The notes under the pieces: generated by a model | Database searches by the model: none | Told to the model about the DNA's origin: nothing | What the model saw: the letters and a program-made list of their open reading frames with translations, nothing else | Source of the DNA: Chrysomallon squamiferum | Taxonomy: Eukaryota > Animalia > Mollusca | Reading direction: 5' to 3' | NCBI GenBank assembly: GCA_012295275.1 | Contig: CM022676.1 | Location: forward strand, 10,354,001 to 10,418,000 | DNA length: 64,000 nt | Shown: positions 1 through 15,668 of the stretch, piece by piece | Position numbering within the stretch: the first letter of the stretch is position 1 | How the letters are laid out: each line of letters starts with the position of its first letter | Made by a program: the position numbers and the translations under genes

Positions 1-112
1 GCATAAACAGGTTAAAATGACTGAAATCGATATCCGATATTAACTCTCTCGGTTGTGCATGAATGATCATTTGCAGAAATAAATTAAATAAACTGAAGGT
101 TACACCAGGTGT

Positions 113-225
113 GACACAGGTATACAAGTATAAGATATATTACACTAGCAAACTTGGTCACAGACACACAGGTATACAGTATGAGATATATTACACTAGC
201 AAACTTGGTCACAGACACACAGGTA
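113..225. repeat. ~54-bp tandem duplication
   Basis: GATATATTACACTAGCAAACTTGGTCACAGACACACAGGTA present twice. Confidence 0.85.
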
Positions 226-902
226 CCTGAGTAGTATGTAACTTTGTTTACAATAGCAGAGAATGAAATGTCATTGTACAGTGTTTACGGCAGTATGAAA
301 TTCCCTTGTTTACGATAGCATGAAATGTTACTGTGAACTATTTACAACAGTACAAGAAATGCTATTGTACATGTTTATGATGATATGAGAAAGGTTAATT
401 ATGTGTTTGCAAAATAGTGTGAAAAAATGTTTTTGTACAATATTTACTAAAAAAAAGCACAGTAAATGTTATAACAATAAATAAAATATTAATATTACAG
501 TGTTTACAGTAGTAGATTAAACAATATATCATGCAAGATCAGCAGTGGTAGAAAATAATAATAAATCTAAAATATACTATTATGTACAGTATTAGTGTAT
601 TTTTAGTTGTGTAATATGAAATGTTATTGCATGGTGTTTACCATACCAGGTTATATACAATTTAAATAGGATATAGTTTTTCTCATGTGTTTTCAAGGGT
701 AAAACTATTTTCATGCATTTCAAGATACTCAAACAATCTTACTACCACAACAAAGCTATGTAGATATGCACAACACACACGAAGATATGTGTAAATGTAA
801 ATGCTCACAAAATATACATTCAGCACTTATATTACATGAATATACTCAGAACCCTCTTTTCTTCCTTTTTATATGCCTCTGTCCTTCTCTCTCACTCTCC
901 AT

Positions 903-1740
<838 letters not shown>

Positions 1741-3013
1741 TGATAAACTTGTTCACACAAATCTTTGTGAAATTAATTTACAATTTACCATAACAGAAAC
1801 CCAGTTTAACAATTTTTTTTTTTTTTATTTACATTATATATATATATATAAAATCCTGTGAAAAAAACTTTTTGTAAAACACTAGAAATATGAAATAAAC
1901 TTCAATACTAATTAGAGAAGCAACACTTGTGATATTTAGTCCTGCAGTGAACTAGACAAAGAACAAATGTCCAATTCTTATAGTACTATATATATGTTTG
2001 TATGTTTCTTAAATTAATATATATTTTTTTAATGTTTATTAAAGTATGTTTTTATTGCACTTTCTAAACAGGCACAATTTAATGTTATGATTAAGTTCAA
2101 TATATTTTTATATTTACCAGACACAAATTTAGAATAATAATAATTACTACAATATACTACTGAATATAATTATTACTGTATTTAGAAATATCAGTGTAAG
2201 TAAATAAATTTTCATATTTATTAGTCAAAGTATATATTTATTACAATTACGATGATGATATGAAACCCATGAACTCCAATATCGTAATAAATTTTTCTAT
2301 TTATCACACAAAAGCTAATATTTATGATATGTTTATAAATTCCAGTGTCATAAAATATATATTTTTTTTATATTTTATCAAAGAAAGTGTTTAATTATTC
2401 TAATTAATAAACAACAGTAATGTTTATCTTCACAAATGTCCAAATTGAAATTCCTGTACACACACACAGACAGACAGACAGACAGACTGAGTGAGCTTCA
2501 GGCCAAAGGCTTTTAAAAATCGTTTCTCATTCGTTGTCCTTAGGCCATTAAAATTAAACAGTTTGTTTCACAAAACCCCTCCCCCCCCCCGTCATTAAGT
2601 GCGAGAACAACACTGCCTGGCCATTACATCACCCCCCAGTCCCACCCCCAGCCCCCCACTGCCAAAAATAACTGGGTGATGAGTACCCTGTTACATGACA
2701 GGTGATCAGTCAAAAAACAGGGGGCAGTTCACATTATAAGCTTGAGTGGAGACTGTTTGTACAGAGACAGAGAGACAGGACACATCCTCAGTGGTACAAT
2801 GATACAGTGTAATGAGTATCTGTTGTTAGGGTGTGAAAATGGTGTTAAAAACCAGTAAATCATTTCTTACGTAACTCGACAACTTTTCGATCAGACGCGA
2901 AATTGAAATGCAAATTAGATTTTCTTTGGAGATGTTAACACACAGACACACACACAAACACACACACAAACACACACACACACACACAGACAAACACACA
3001 CACACAGACATAC

Positions 3014-3046
<33 letters not shown>

Positions 3047-3084
3047 TAGAGACACAGAGACACAAAACAAACACACAGACATAC

Positions 3085-3143
<59 letters not shown>

Positions 3144-3470
3144 CACGCACACACAAACTCAATAAATTAACAAATAGCTGAACATTACAACCAAAAACAT
3201 AGCAAAAATAAAAAAATAAAAAAATCAATGCAATATTTAATAACCAAATTATCCTACATTCAAAAATAGACATTTACAACTGTTTCAAATTGAAACATTA
3301 CAAAACGTGTAATTATTATTACTACAACAGTGACCAGACTAAACAAATCAATGTGATATCAAATTAATGAATTAGCTCAGCTCAGATTTAACAGAGCCAA
3401 GCTGATTCGATTGTTATTTTGAAGAATTAGAGTTAAATTAATTTTAATGGTATTTACAGATGTTTGCGTC

Positions 3471-3604
3471 TGTTTTAGGATTAAGTGGTTTTTTGATGAA
3501 TAAAGAGATTGTTACAGATTTAGATTATTTTAAAATTGTTTTAGGATTAAGTGGGTTTTTTGATGAATAAAGAGATTGTTACAGATTTAGATTATTTTAA
3601 AATC
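3471..3604. repeat. ~66-bp tandem duplication
   Basis: TGTTTTAGGATTAAGTGG...GATGAATAAAGAGATTGTTACAGATTTAGATTATTTTAAAAT present twice. Confidence 0.85.
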
Positions 3605-3988
3605 CTCAAGGAGTGATAATGATTTGTTTGTAAGGAAAAAAAATATCAAGTTTGTCATACTTGGAATTAATTTAAATATACGTGAATATAGTAATACAAA
3701 TGATTCTGTAATGAAACTGAACTGAACTGAACTGAACTGAACTGAACTGAATGAAGATAAAATAAAATAAAATAAAATAAAATAAAATAAAATAAAATAA
3801 AATAAAATAAAATAAAATAAAATATATGTGTGTGTGTATATATATAATTACAACAATGAACAAATAAAATAATGAATTGAAATAAAATTAAGTAATGAAA
3901 TATAAAAAAAAAAGATAAAATAAAATGTAGAATATATATATATATATATATTAGTGTGAACATTTTCTTCTCTTCTTCATTTATATCA

Positions 3989-4036
<48 letters not shown>

Positions 4037-5504
4037 AATTTCAGTTTTTTAAAAACTTCCTCACAAAATAAGCGTATGGGTGTTTCCGAAAACATAATTC
4101 ACATGTCAACAAACGTGACGTTTTTTACCTTTGCTCTCTGTCAGTCCTTCAATTCCCCCCACCATGGCATTCCCCCCTCTTAACCCCACTCGACCTCCCC
4201 CCACTGACACTTCCTTGGACAGAAGAGGACAGGAGAGTTTACACACTCCACATCAAATGTGCTTTGACATTTTTATCTTTCTGACTGACACCCTCCTGTC
4301 AGCAGGTCTTGGCAAACAATGGGAGCCGACCCCTTGTGACCTTGACCTTTGACACCTGACATTTCAACACAGAGAAGACAATCAACTTTCTTTCATTTTT
4401 TTTTTTAAATTCTTTTGTAACTGAGTAGGTAGGTGTGAGAGAGACATGATGTTGAGTTTATTTATTTATTTATTTTTTTATTTTTTATTTTTTTTTAACA
4501 ATTTAAAAAAATCAAATAAAAAAAATCAAATGTACATTTTTTTTTGTTTGGTTTCCATTGACCTTTGTCTGTAGGTGTGTGAGTCCAATCAACCATGATT
4601 ATAATCTACACTGGTGTTTAGGAAGTAACAAACCAGCATAAAACTGGATCTGTTGTACACCTCAGATCCCTATTAAAACAATCTTCCCATCCCCTCCCCA
4701 CACAGAACTGTGAACACCCTAATTCTGTGTCAGTAGAACTGAAATAAACATCTGACTTCCTAGGCTTGTTTGCGGACAGTTTTCTAAATGTGCTAATAAT
4801 AAAATATGTTTTGTTTTTCCTCAATAATATATATATCTATATATATATATGATTATTATTATTATTATTGTTTTTTTAAATTAATAATTGTAGTTATAAT
4901 AAGAACAAGTAGTGGTAGTAGTAGTAGTAGTAGTAGTAGCTGAAGTAGTAATAGCAATATATATATATATATATATGTGTGATTATTATTATTATTATTT
5001 ATTTATTTTTTTTAAATTAATAATTGTAGTTATAATAAGAACAAGTAGTGGTAGTAGTAGTAGTAGTAGTAGTAATAGTAGTAGTAGCTTAAGTAGTAAT
5101 AGCAATATTAGTATTAATGGTAGTAGTAGTAGTAGTAGTATTGTTTAATAATAGTAAGTAATAATAGTATTATTGGTGGTAGTAATAGTAATTATAGTAA
5201 CAAAATAATGATAACAAAAATTGAGTTTCCTTTCAGTAAATAAAGATCAAAACTCTGGAACTGCTTCCTCCCATATGTCACCCTCCCCTCTCTTCTGTGA
5301 CCCTCCCCTCATCATCTGGCAGTTTCTCCTCTGACATCTGGATCTTGTTTCACTTAGCCAGAAGTCACAAATGGCCCCAAGGTACTTGAGTTCCGCACTC
5401 TTTGTTTACCTGATTTTCATTCCCTGTGTCTATTACCAGAGTTTGAAGTGCTCCTGAATGGATTCACAGACACCCCCAGTAAAAGATCATGTATACAAAA
5501 AACA

Positions 5505-6365
5505 CATGCACAGACACACTCAGACAGACACACAGACAGACAGACAGACAGACAGACACACACAGACAGACAGACAGACAGACACACACACACACACACA
5601 GACAGACACACACACACACATACACACACACACACATACATACATACATACATACATACATACATACATACATACATACATACATACATACATACATACA
5701 GACAGACACAGACAGACAGACAGACACACACACACACACATACAGACACACGCACACACATACAGACAGACACACAGACACACTTCAGAGGGAGACATCA
5801 GTAATTCAGTTTTTGTGTTTAAAATTAAAAAAAATTAAAAATCCCAGACTGGATGCAAGCCGCTGCAGTCTTTCATTCGTTCATTTGTTCTGTCTTCCAC
5901 AGTCTGTCTGTTCCAACCCAGAGGAATTCATTCATCCATCCATCTGTCAGTCAGTCCATCCACTTTTTCGTTCATTCGTTCTTTTGCAGTCCACACCAAA
6001 CGTAAACTGCTAATTAATTCATCCATTCATGCATTCCATCCTTCCACCCATCACTTCCCTCTATCCATCCTTTAATCTACTGTTCCATGACCCATTCTAA
6101 ATACAAAGTTGTGATTGTATCCATTCATTCATTCATTCATCCATTCATCTATTCATCATTTCCTCCATCCATCCATCCATCCATTCATCTATCCATCCAT
6201 TCATCCTTTCTTCCTTCCATCCATCCATCCATTCATCTATCCATCCATTCATCCTTTCTTCCTTTCATCCATCCATCCTTTCTTCCATCCATTCATCCAT
6301 CCTTTCTTCCATCCATCCATTCATTCATCTTTCCATTCCATCCATCCATTCCATCCATCCATTCA
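5505..6365. repeat. (CAGA)n/(CATA)n and (CATC/CATT)n tetranucleotide microsatellites
   Basis: Direct inspection (5512-5780 and ~6020-6365). Confidence 0.85.
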
Positions 6366-6890
6366 GGCATTCTTTCCTAAACTGGGTCCAATCACAACAC
6401 AGAAGTGATTAAAGTGTTCCGAACGGTTACGTGTATCACAGAGGAAATCACAGAGAACGACTTTGGTTAACATCGCCACAGATGGCAAATTAATTGGCAC
6501 CTTTGAACCCCTGGAGTCAGGTCTTGTTTATCTGGCAAGTGTACTCTAAACACACTGGAAGAATTTGGAGTTAGAATTTGCACTTGTTGGGAGAGTCAAC
6601 AAACAAGCAAAGGGAACCAAAAAAAACAAACAAAAAACAAAACAATTTGAACAAATACATTAAATTCCAATTTCGACCTTGATGTGTACGAGGGGGGAAG
6701 GAGGAAGAGGGGGGGCAGCCATGCCTCTATTCTCTACTCTCTTGTGTGAAATCTGGTTTGTTTGTTTATTGGATGTTAAGATTCAGGGAAGGATTTTCTT
6801 TTTTTTTTTTTCTTTTCTTTCTTTGTGAAATTTTGTGATCTGGGAGATTTGGAATGGTTTAAAATTGCTTTTAAGAGATGTTTCTAAGTG

Positions 6891-6966
<76 letters not shown>

Positions 6967-7302
6967 CTAAGGGAAAAAAAGGCAAAGGCATGAAAAGATA
7001 AAAACAAAAACACAGATATACAGTTACACAAATATAGATAACAACACAAACAGAAAAAGACAAGAAAATGAAAAGATAAAACAAAAAAAAAAAAAAAAAC
7101 AAGTTTGACAACAATTTAAGAGGTATTCAGAAATAAAGACAGGCAGATAAATATTTAGATAAATATATAGATAGACAGGCAAAGCTAAAAACAGAGACAG
7201 GAAGAAGAAAAAACGAAACAGAGATAAAGCAGAAAAGACAAGAAAAGAAAAAAAGAAAAACAATGAAAATAGATTGAAATACAAAGAAAGAGAAAAATAT
7301 GG

Positions 7303-7370
<68 letters not shown>

Positions 7371-7979
7371 TGACAAAGAGAAAATAATAATAAAGGAATT
7401 ATCATTATACTAGATGAACTGTAACCAATGTAAAGTTATCAACATGACAAAGGTTTAAGAGTTCTGACAATGATCTCACACCAGACATTATTTTTACCTC
7501 ACAGTCGACATGTGATAGGATCTTTCAGAACTGCAGATACAAACATAGCCACAAGGGAATATTTTTATGTTGTACAAACTTAGAAACATCATAAAAGGAA
7601 AGGTGTGTAGTTGAAAATGTACCAGGAAGAAGAATAATAAAAAAAATATAAAAATCCAACTAAAAACACTGAATAATGTAAATGATAAACCTTCTTTTTT
7701 GGATGTTTGTGTGTCTTTAATATGCATGTCTGTATATATATATATATATATATAGGTTTGAAAGTATGTATATGTAGGGTGTGTATGTGTGTATGTATGG
7801 ATGTACCAGTGTGTGTGTGTCCATCTTTTAGATAAAGTCATGAAGTCACACAATGAAAAATAACTAATAATCCACACACACACTCTCTCTCTCTCTCCCT
7901 CCCTCCCTCCCTCCCTCCCTCTCACACTCCCTCTCCCACTCCCTCTCTCTAACTCCCTCCCTCCCTCTCTCTCTCTTTC

Positions 7980-8030
<51 letters not shown>

Positions 8031-8187
8031 CTCACTCTCTTTCACTTTCTATTTAAAAACACCATGACCCATCCCATCAAACCTGACACACTGTTACTGC
8101 ACGCAGGATGACCAAACCTTTCCTATTATCAATTACCCCCCCCTTATCAGTCACCTGACCTCTGACCACGAAGTTGTGGATGCAGTT

Positions 8188-8236
<49 letters not shown>

Positions 8237-10599
8237 ACTGGGTCACCTGGTGTGAAATCCCACACCTAGCCATCCCGTTTTGATAGGTAAATAATTATAC
8301 ACATGAACCAGTGGATCAGGTTTACAGCTTGGTAATGAGATAGTTGAAACAAATACACTGGCCTGGGTTTCACTGATGTGTTGTATCATGTTGTGAAATG
8401 AGTGTGCAGTTTGCTTCACCCAGTAAATGACTTTTATTTTAGGGCTGTTAGAAAAGAATGTAGAGAATCTCAGATCTTGTTTCAGAAATGTATATATACA
8501 TCAACTAATGCTCTTATGACTATTAGTAATTCTGTGACGACCTCTACTACTACGATTTCAACAACTACTATAACCTCTACCTCTGCTACTACTATAATTA
8601 CTACAACAACAATAACTTCTATTGTGATTTCAACAACTACTACAACTACAGTTTCCATAATAACAACTGCTGCATATTATTATTATTATTATTCTTGTTA
8701 GTAGTAGTAGTAGTGGTAGTAGTAGTACTAATAACATCATCATCATCAGTGTTGTATTTACATATATATGTCACAGATTTGAAATAGTTTATTTGTTTAG
8801 TTAAAAGGTCAAAGATAATGACATTTCATCTGTATTTTAATTTGCAACAGTACTAGTAGAAGTAGAATTGAAAGTAGTTGTAGTAGTAGTAGTTGTTGTT
8901 GTTGTGATGGTTGTACTAGTGGTGGTAGCAACAGAAGTGTTTATAGTACTATTAATATTAGTAGTACTAATAGTAAGTAGCAGTATTAAAAGCATAGTAA
9001 AAGAAGCAGTAAAAGTAGTACTAGTAGAATTTGTAGTAATACCAGTAGTAGTGGTAGAAAATACTAATGTATTATTAGTTATATATGTAACATTATGGTT
9101 AATGATATTTATTATCATCATCATTAACATTATCATTATTACTATCATCATCATTATCATCAGTATTATTATACATATTCAACTTGCATTACTTTCATCA
9201 TCATCATTTCACCGTCACTAATATCATCATAATCATCATTATTATTATTTACTAATGATACAAATTCAACTAACATTAATGTCATCATCATCATCATCAT
9301 CAGTTACTATTGATACAAACTGGAGCAAAGTTCTGTTTGTTGTGATGGGAAAGGTCAAAGGTTAACGACATGCTGTTTTTTTTTTTTTTTTCAATATGTC
9401 ACTTGAGTTATTCAGTCAACAAATAACATGAAGTGTTTGTAATAAACACATCAAAATGTTTTTAATGTCAGAGGGAGGAGACAGGAATTCAGCTCAAAAC
9501 AGGCAAACCTGGGCTCAAAATGTCACCAGTTCTCAACTGTCTGGATTTTGTGTTCTGTGTCCATCTGTCTGTAGGGTGTCTGTGTGTGTGTGTGTGGGTG
9601 TAAGTGAGACACACAGACAAGATGTACATATGTATGTGTGTGTGTGTGCGTGTATGTGTGTGTTTGTGTGTGTTTGTAGAATGTGTGTGCATGTATGTAT
9701 GTATGTGTGTGTTTGTAGTATGTGTGTATGTATGTGTGTATGTATGTACATGTGTATGTATATATCTATGTATGTGTGTTATAGTGAGTGTCTACATGGG
9801 TATGTATGTGTGAGAGAGAGAGAGAGAAATACTGAAGTCTAAAATTTCACAAAATACTTATTATTTTATCAGTTTTAATACAATAATGAAAAAATGTTTT
9901 AACAGTCAAACAAATCAAACCATAACCTGAAAAAAAAAACCAGTTAAATTAACGCACACACAAGATTACATAACCTATTTACTAGAATTTTATAACTTCA
10001 TTATTACAACCACAATCATCATTATCATAATGCTTATAATTATCATTATTATTATTACTATAATTATTAATACTTGCAGTAACATTCAAAGGTCAGCTGT
10101 GATTACACAACACCTACAAAGACTGAGTATGAAAGCTAGTCTAAATGTCAAATGGTGGTCATTTCAAGGAGAGAGTTTGGTCGTTACAAAAACAATTATC
10201 TCATTATCTTTTGTTACAGAAATGTCAGCTTGTGATATTTTCTAAATGTTTGAATATTTAATACACATGCCACGTGTGTTTTTTTTTAAATTTGAATTTA
10301 ATTTTATTTTTGGAAATCCTGTTTATGTTGTTTTTTTTTTTTTTTTTTTTTGCGGTGGTTTGTCTGTTTTAGATCAGGATGTACATTCTTGGCATAAATA
10401 GATTAGGGAAAAGATAAAGAGAGAGACAAGTAATTTGAAGAGATAAAGGAACAGATGAAAGTCAAATATTAATTCTCTGAAGGAAACAATTTTTTAAAAT
10501 GAAAGAAAATAATAATGTCATTAAAAATAATAATCACACAATAAAGACAGTGTATATATCTATATATATATATATATATAGACAGATAGACAGACAGAT

Positions 10600-10637
<38 letters not shown>

Positions 10638-11507
10638 GTACAGACCGATTCATATTTAGCCTGTTCAGCTATTGTGCTTTGTAAAACTGAAACAAAATTA
10701 TTTTTATTGTAAACTTTCACAGTCAATTATGTTATTATTATTATATTTAATGTATTACACAAAATTAAAAGTTTTAAAAAACCCACAAAATACACAACCA
10801 CAACTTTTTTTAACAAAAATCTACATTTTTCACGCTTACAAATTCTTTATTACATTTCACTCTAAATAGACAGAATTGGCGACCGGAGTTCAAATTATTC
10901 TTCAAAGGCTACAAAAGCGTTACAAAATGGTTCCACATGTCGGACATCAAAGGAGTTCAAAGGATTTAGAAAGGATTTTACTGTTCCATGGGGGATTTCA
11001 GCTCACACAAACTTTAATACCCCTTCATCCTTCATTTGCAGGTATGAAACAATAAAACGAAACAAAAAGGTTTAAGATTTTCTTATGGTTGGGTGACAAT
11101 ATGAAAACTGATGAATAATATTTAAAATAGTTTAATTATATCAATAATAGTAGTAGTAGTAATGATTGTGATTATAATGATGATGATGATGATGATAATG
11201 ACAATGATAATGATAGTAATAATAATAATAATGATGATGACAATAATGATGCACAATTTGTGATTATAGATTTTAAATATAATTCATATAATTCAGATAA
11301 CAAAAATTCATTTTAATTGGGTTTCAGTTTTTTGCATGTATTAGAGTTAAATTTGAAAAATTATCTTTTCATTTACTTGTGTGTTTTAGTTTTGTGTTTA
11401 TTTGTGTGTGTGTGTGTGTGTGTATTAAAGACTAATATATGTGTGTGCATTTGCATTGTTAATGTATTAGTGTAAGTGTGTGTGTGTGTGTGTGTTTGTG
11501 TAAGAGT

Positions 11508-11557
<50 letters not shown>

Positions 11558-12073
11558 ATGCATATCAGTATCTGTTTATAATTACAGGGTGTAATTAGGC
11601 TTTCACTAAGCTGAATAACCTGACAGGTGTTAATTACAAAGTCATGATAAACTCTAATTTTATTTATTGTCTCACAAACTCACGAGAACAGTCATCTCAT
11701 TATTACTAATTCAGTCTATTTATAAATCGAAGCAGGAAAACGTGTTTTATTTTCCTGTTTAAATGACATCAACAGAATAAATTTTCCTAATTTTTTTTTT
11801 TTTTTTTTTAATAAAGAAGGAAAAAAAAAGGTTTTTTTTATTTCCCTTTTTTTAAAGTTAAATTATTAATATTATGTTAATAAAAGTGATTAACAGACCT
11901 TAGGGTGTCTGCGTAATATATTGGATAATAAATACTGGGCAATATATTTAATAAATCAAGTGTCTTGTATTTTATAACACACCCATATATAATATTATAT
12001 GGGTGTTTAATATTTTGTAACAAACAGATTTCACAGGTGTGTCTGTACCTGCCTGCTACATACACCCCCCTCC

Positions 12074-12128
<55 letters not shown>

Positions 12129-12307
12129 TCAGGAAGATTAATTATTACATTTACTTACATGGGTATTATCAAATGTCACAGTGTGTGCTTGTGTCTGCTA
12201 GGCTAAATGCGATTAAATGAATCTATTGCAAATACATGTTTTATATGCATCGTTTATGATCATATCCTTAAGCTTTTATTATAAGTTGAGCAAACAAGGA
12301 AGGTAAA

Positions 12308-12353
<46 letters not shown>

Positions 12354-12449
12354 TACATACATACTCCATGTCTGTGAATTAAATATTTTATAATACTTGT
12401 ATAATATAAAATTAGAAATGTTATTTAATATAACATGTGGATATATAAA

Positions 12450-12483
<34 letters not shown>

Positions 12484-12891
12484 CACACACATATATATAT
12501 ATATATAGAAAGAGTAAATTAAATATTTTACAAAATATAGGTATATAAAACCATATATACAAACTCAAAGTGTAAATTAATACGTTACAATACATGTTTA
12601 ATGCAGACATATTTAAACCTACGAATGTGAAATAATATTGAATAAAGTTAGAAAGTAAATTAAATATTTCGTAGCACACAGGTATACAGTAGACCTATAT
12701 AAACCCAGTGAGCGTGAGATACAGTGTGTTCTGCCTGCAGATACTCTAATTTGATAACACTGACTTGTAGCATTGAGGTGATACAAATGAGATGGGACGG
12801 AGATAATGTCCGGAATGGGTAATCAGGCTTAAACAGAGTGAAGCAGATTACAGCACAGTGATTTGTCTATATCTCTGTTAGCAGTGTGAAA

Positions 12892-12925
<34 letters not shown>

Positions 12926-12981
12926 GTATGTATGTATGTATACACACACTATCTAACTATCTATATAGAGAGAGAGAGAGT

Positions 12982-13016
<35 letters not shown>

Positions 13017-14783
13017 TGCATGGAATTTCATGTGTAAGCTCATATGTGCATGTTTTACATCTTATGAAGATAATATTTTTTCAGCCAACTAATAATAATG
13101 AAATCTCTTAAACAAGATTTTTATTCATCTTCAGTTTACATGCAAACAATATTGTCACCTCTCTCCTTTTTCTAGAACACAGACAAGATGGACATCTGTC
13201 TCTATGGTTACATGCACCAGATAAAGCCCACTGCATTTACATACTTCAAATAATAAATATTTAGTTTATTATGTAATTAAAATTTCATTAAATTAAATCA
13301 CTAAAATTATTTTATCTTTTATATAAAACATACTGCATCAAATTAAATCATAAATGTTTAAATTTGTTTCATGTTTTATATAAAATTAAAAAAGCTATTC
13401 CACCAAATTAAATTATAAAATTTAGTTGCCAGATTTGAAGTAGTATAGGCCTACATTTCCTTTATATTGTTTACCAAATCAAATAAATTTTAAAAATGTA
13501 TTATGAGTAATCTAGATTTCCTTTGCCTGTAGTTCACACAGACATAGGTATTTTCAGAGATTTTGTTTACAGTTATGATATACATAATTGTATCACACCC
13601 ACTACAGAAATGTGTAACATTATGTCATACTGCGTCAAACAATGAAAAACACAGGAGGACTGCCGCTTTAAACAATGCCAGCTATTGAGAGGACTGCCAC
13701 TTTAAATTCGTAACAATAAACATTGAAATAATTCAGCAGTTTAATGTATTTAAAATATTTCTTCAGAATGTTTATGACAATTCTAACATAATATACAGCT
13801 TTTTCAGAATGTTAATGTATGATATGTGAAATGGAATAGTATTTTTTTTTTTTTTAAATTAAAATAATTTGTTTAAATGAATAGAAAGGTTATGTAATTA
13901 GAGAATTTAGAAATTATATTAATTTATTTTTAAGAGAAAATGTACACCAGTTAGATTACATTTTAATTTTAGAATGTTTTATTAATATTCAAATTTTCTT
14001 TTATTTAATTTTATCTATTATTACTATAATTATTATTATTATTATTATTATTAAAACTGTTTTTATTAATATTCAAACTGCATCTTCAGCATTTTATTTT
14101 ATTATTTATTTATTTATCATAAGACTTTTTAAAAACATTTTAACAAATAAAATATCGGACAGAAAACGAAATATAAAATTTAACCGTTAAAATCATTTGA
14201 ATCGTCGACCACAGCAATCTGTAACGAACAAAACGTTTTCAAATTTTATCATTATTACTATACACATACCTATTTTTTATTTTTAAAAGAACGGGGCAAA
14301 AAAAAAAAAAAAAAAAAAAGATATAATGTTATTATATAAAACGTCTTCTTGGCTAAATACAGTCTGGTTTTCTTTTCTATTTTTTCTAAGCTAGAGTAAC
14401 GTAGCCAAGGTGCTTCAGGATATTATCTTCCTGCTGACAGCTGACAAAACCAGTTTCTGGCAACGATCCAAAACTTATCGTCTTTTCTACGCGAGAAAGG
14501 ACACCGACATACAAATCATATACTGCGACCGAAACGCTAAATAAAAAAAAAACCTGGCGAAAATATGGTCACAGTTAATAACGTTAAATATTAAATAACA
14601 TTTGCAAAATAGAAAAATAAAAATGCGAGAACGGTCACAGGTGAATGATTTATTTACCTGTGGGACACACCTAGCTAGCGAGCGAACGTTTTTTTTTTTT
14701 TTAAGTGTCCCAAGATTCAAAAATCCTTGTCGCGTCAAAGCAGCGTAACGGTTTCGTAAACAAATAACTTTTTAACTACTCAC

Positions 14784-14841
14784 CTATCGAGAAGATAATC
14801 CACACGCATATCCAAACACTTAAAACTCGACCGCGCTCCAT
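14784..14841 (-). CDS. First coding exon (signal peptide, MERGRVLSVWICVWIIFSI+1 nt) of a secreted/membrane protein gene running leftwards; no downstream exon identified in 1-14783
   Basis: ATG at 14841-14839, 58-nt open frame with basic N-terminus and hydrophobic core, consensus phase-1 donor G|GTGAGT at 14783. Lies at the edge of a CpG-rich promoter-like island; the sequence to its left is CpG-poor, as expected of a methylated gene body. Confidence 0.6.
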
Positions 14842-14844
14842 TGT

Positions 14845-15060
14845 TTTTCACGCATTAAGAAATAAAAAGTTCTCGTCTTCAAACGCGACTTGTTTCACGA
14901 CGTAGAGTTTCCATTCGTCACGACAAACACAGCTTTTCCACCGGCCATTATGAGTCAGTCGCATCCCATGGTGCACTGCGCGCTCGCTGACCTACTTTCT
15001 GCGCGCACCTGTATAATTGACAGAGATCAAAGAAACTCGTCAGGTTTATAGTAAGTAGTG
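14845..15060. promoter_or_regulatory. CpG-rich promoter region with a ZNF143/Staf-like motif and an AP-1 site
   Basis: ATCCCATGGTGCACTGCG at 14963-14980 (Staf/ZNF143-like), TGAGTCA at 14951-14957, TGCGCGCA near 15000, high CpG density, directly upstream of the 14841 ATG. Confidence 0.5.
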
Positions 15061-15377
15061 TTTGCTTGCGAAATTACCGTCGAAACACACAGATCCGATT
15101 TGCATTTCGAGATTTTTGTTTGTTAGTCATGAAAAACTGTTTCGTTTGCGTAGTCGGTGTTAAATCATTCTGCGTGTACACAGAGATGTGGTTGTTTTAA
15201 TTAATTATTTGTTCTCCTAATAGGAAGCTAATGGCGCATTATCTTAGGGTTTGAAGTGCGAAGGGTCCAGAGATCAAAACTCAATGTGGAAAAGAAAAAA
15301 AAAAAAAAAAAAGTAGAAGTAGAATAACGAGATGAAACTGATTAAGCTTTATGTGTGTGTCTCTGTGCGTGTGTGTG

Positions 15378-15452
<75 letters not shown>

Positions 15453-15560
15453 AACGTATATCAGATTGTAGAGGAAAATTAAAAAATTGATTTTTAAAAT
15501 TAAAATGAGCCGAAAAGAAAACGCTTTGAAGAAAGAGATTAACTCAATCAGTTTGTTAAT

Positions 15561-15601
<41 letters not shown>

Positions 15602-15636
15602 CAACAACAATAATAATAATAATGATGATGGTGATC

Positions 15637-15668
<32 letters not shown>

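Noticed and set aside
113-225. Duplication containing CAG|GTA donor-like motifs as a further donor array
   Set aside because: No exon identifiable upstream on that strand; treated as an ordinary tandem duplication.
10868-11045. Exon-like unique segment on the plus strand ending GCAG|GTATGA
   Set aside because: One frame is open but gives no recognisable protein, no partner exons were found, and it is antisense to the presumed host gene.
15000-15060. Plus-strand donor-like GTAAGT at 15051 suggesting a divergent transcript or distal SLC1 5'UTR exon
   Set aside because: No acceptor partner could be assigned and SLC1 has its own proximal promoter-like island; unsupported without RNA data.
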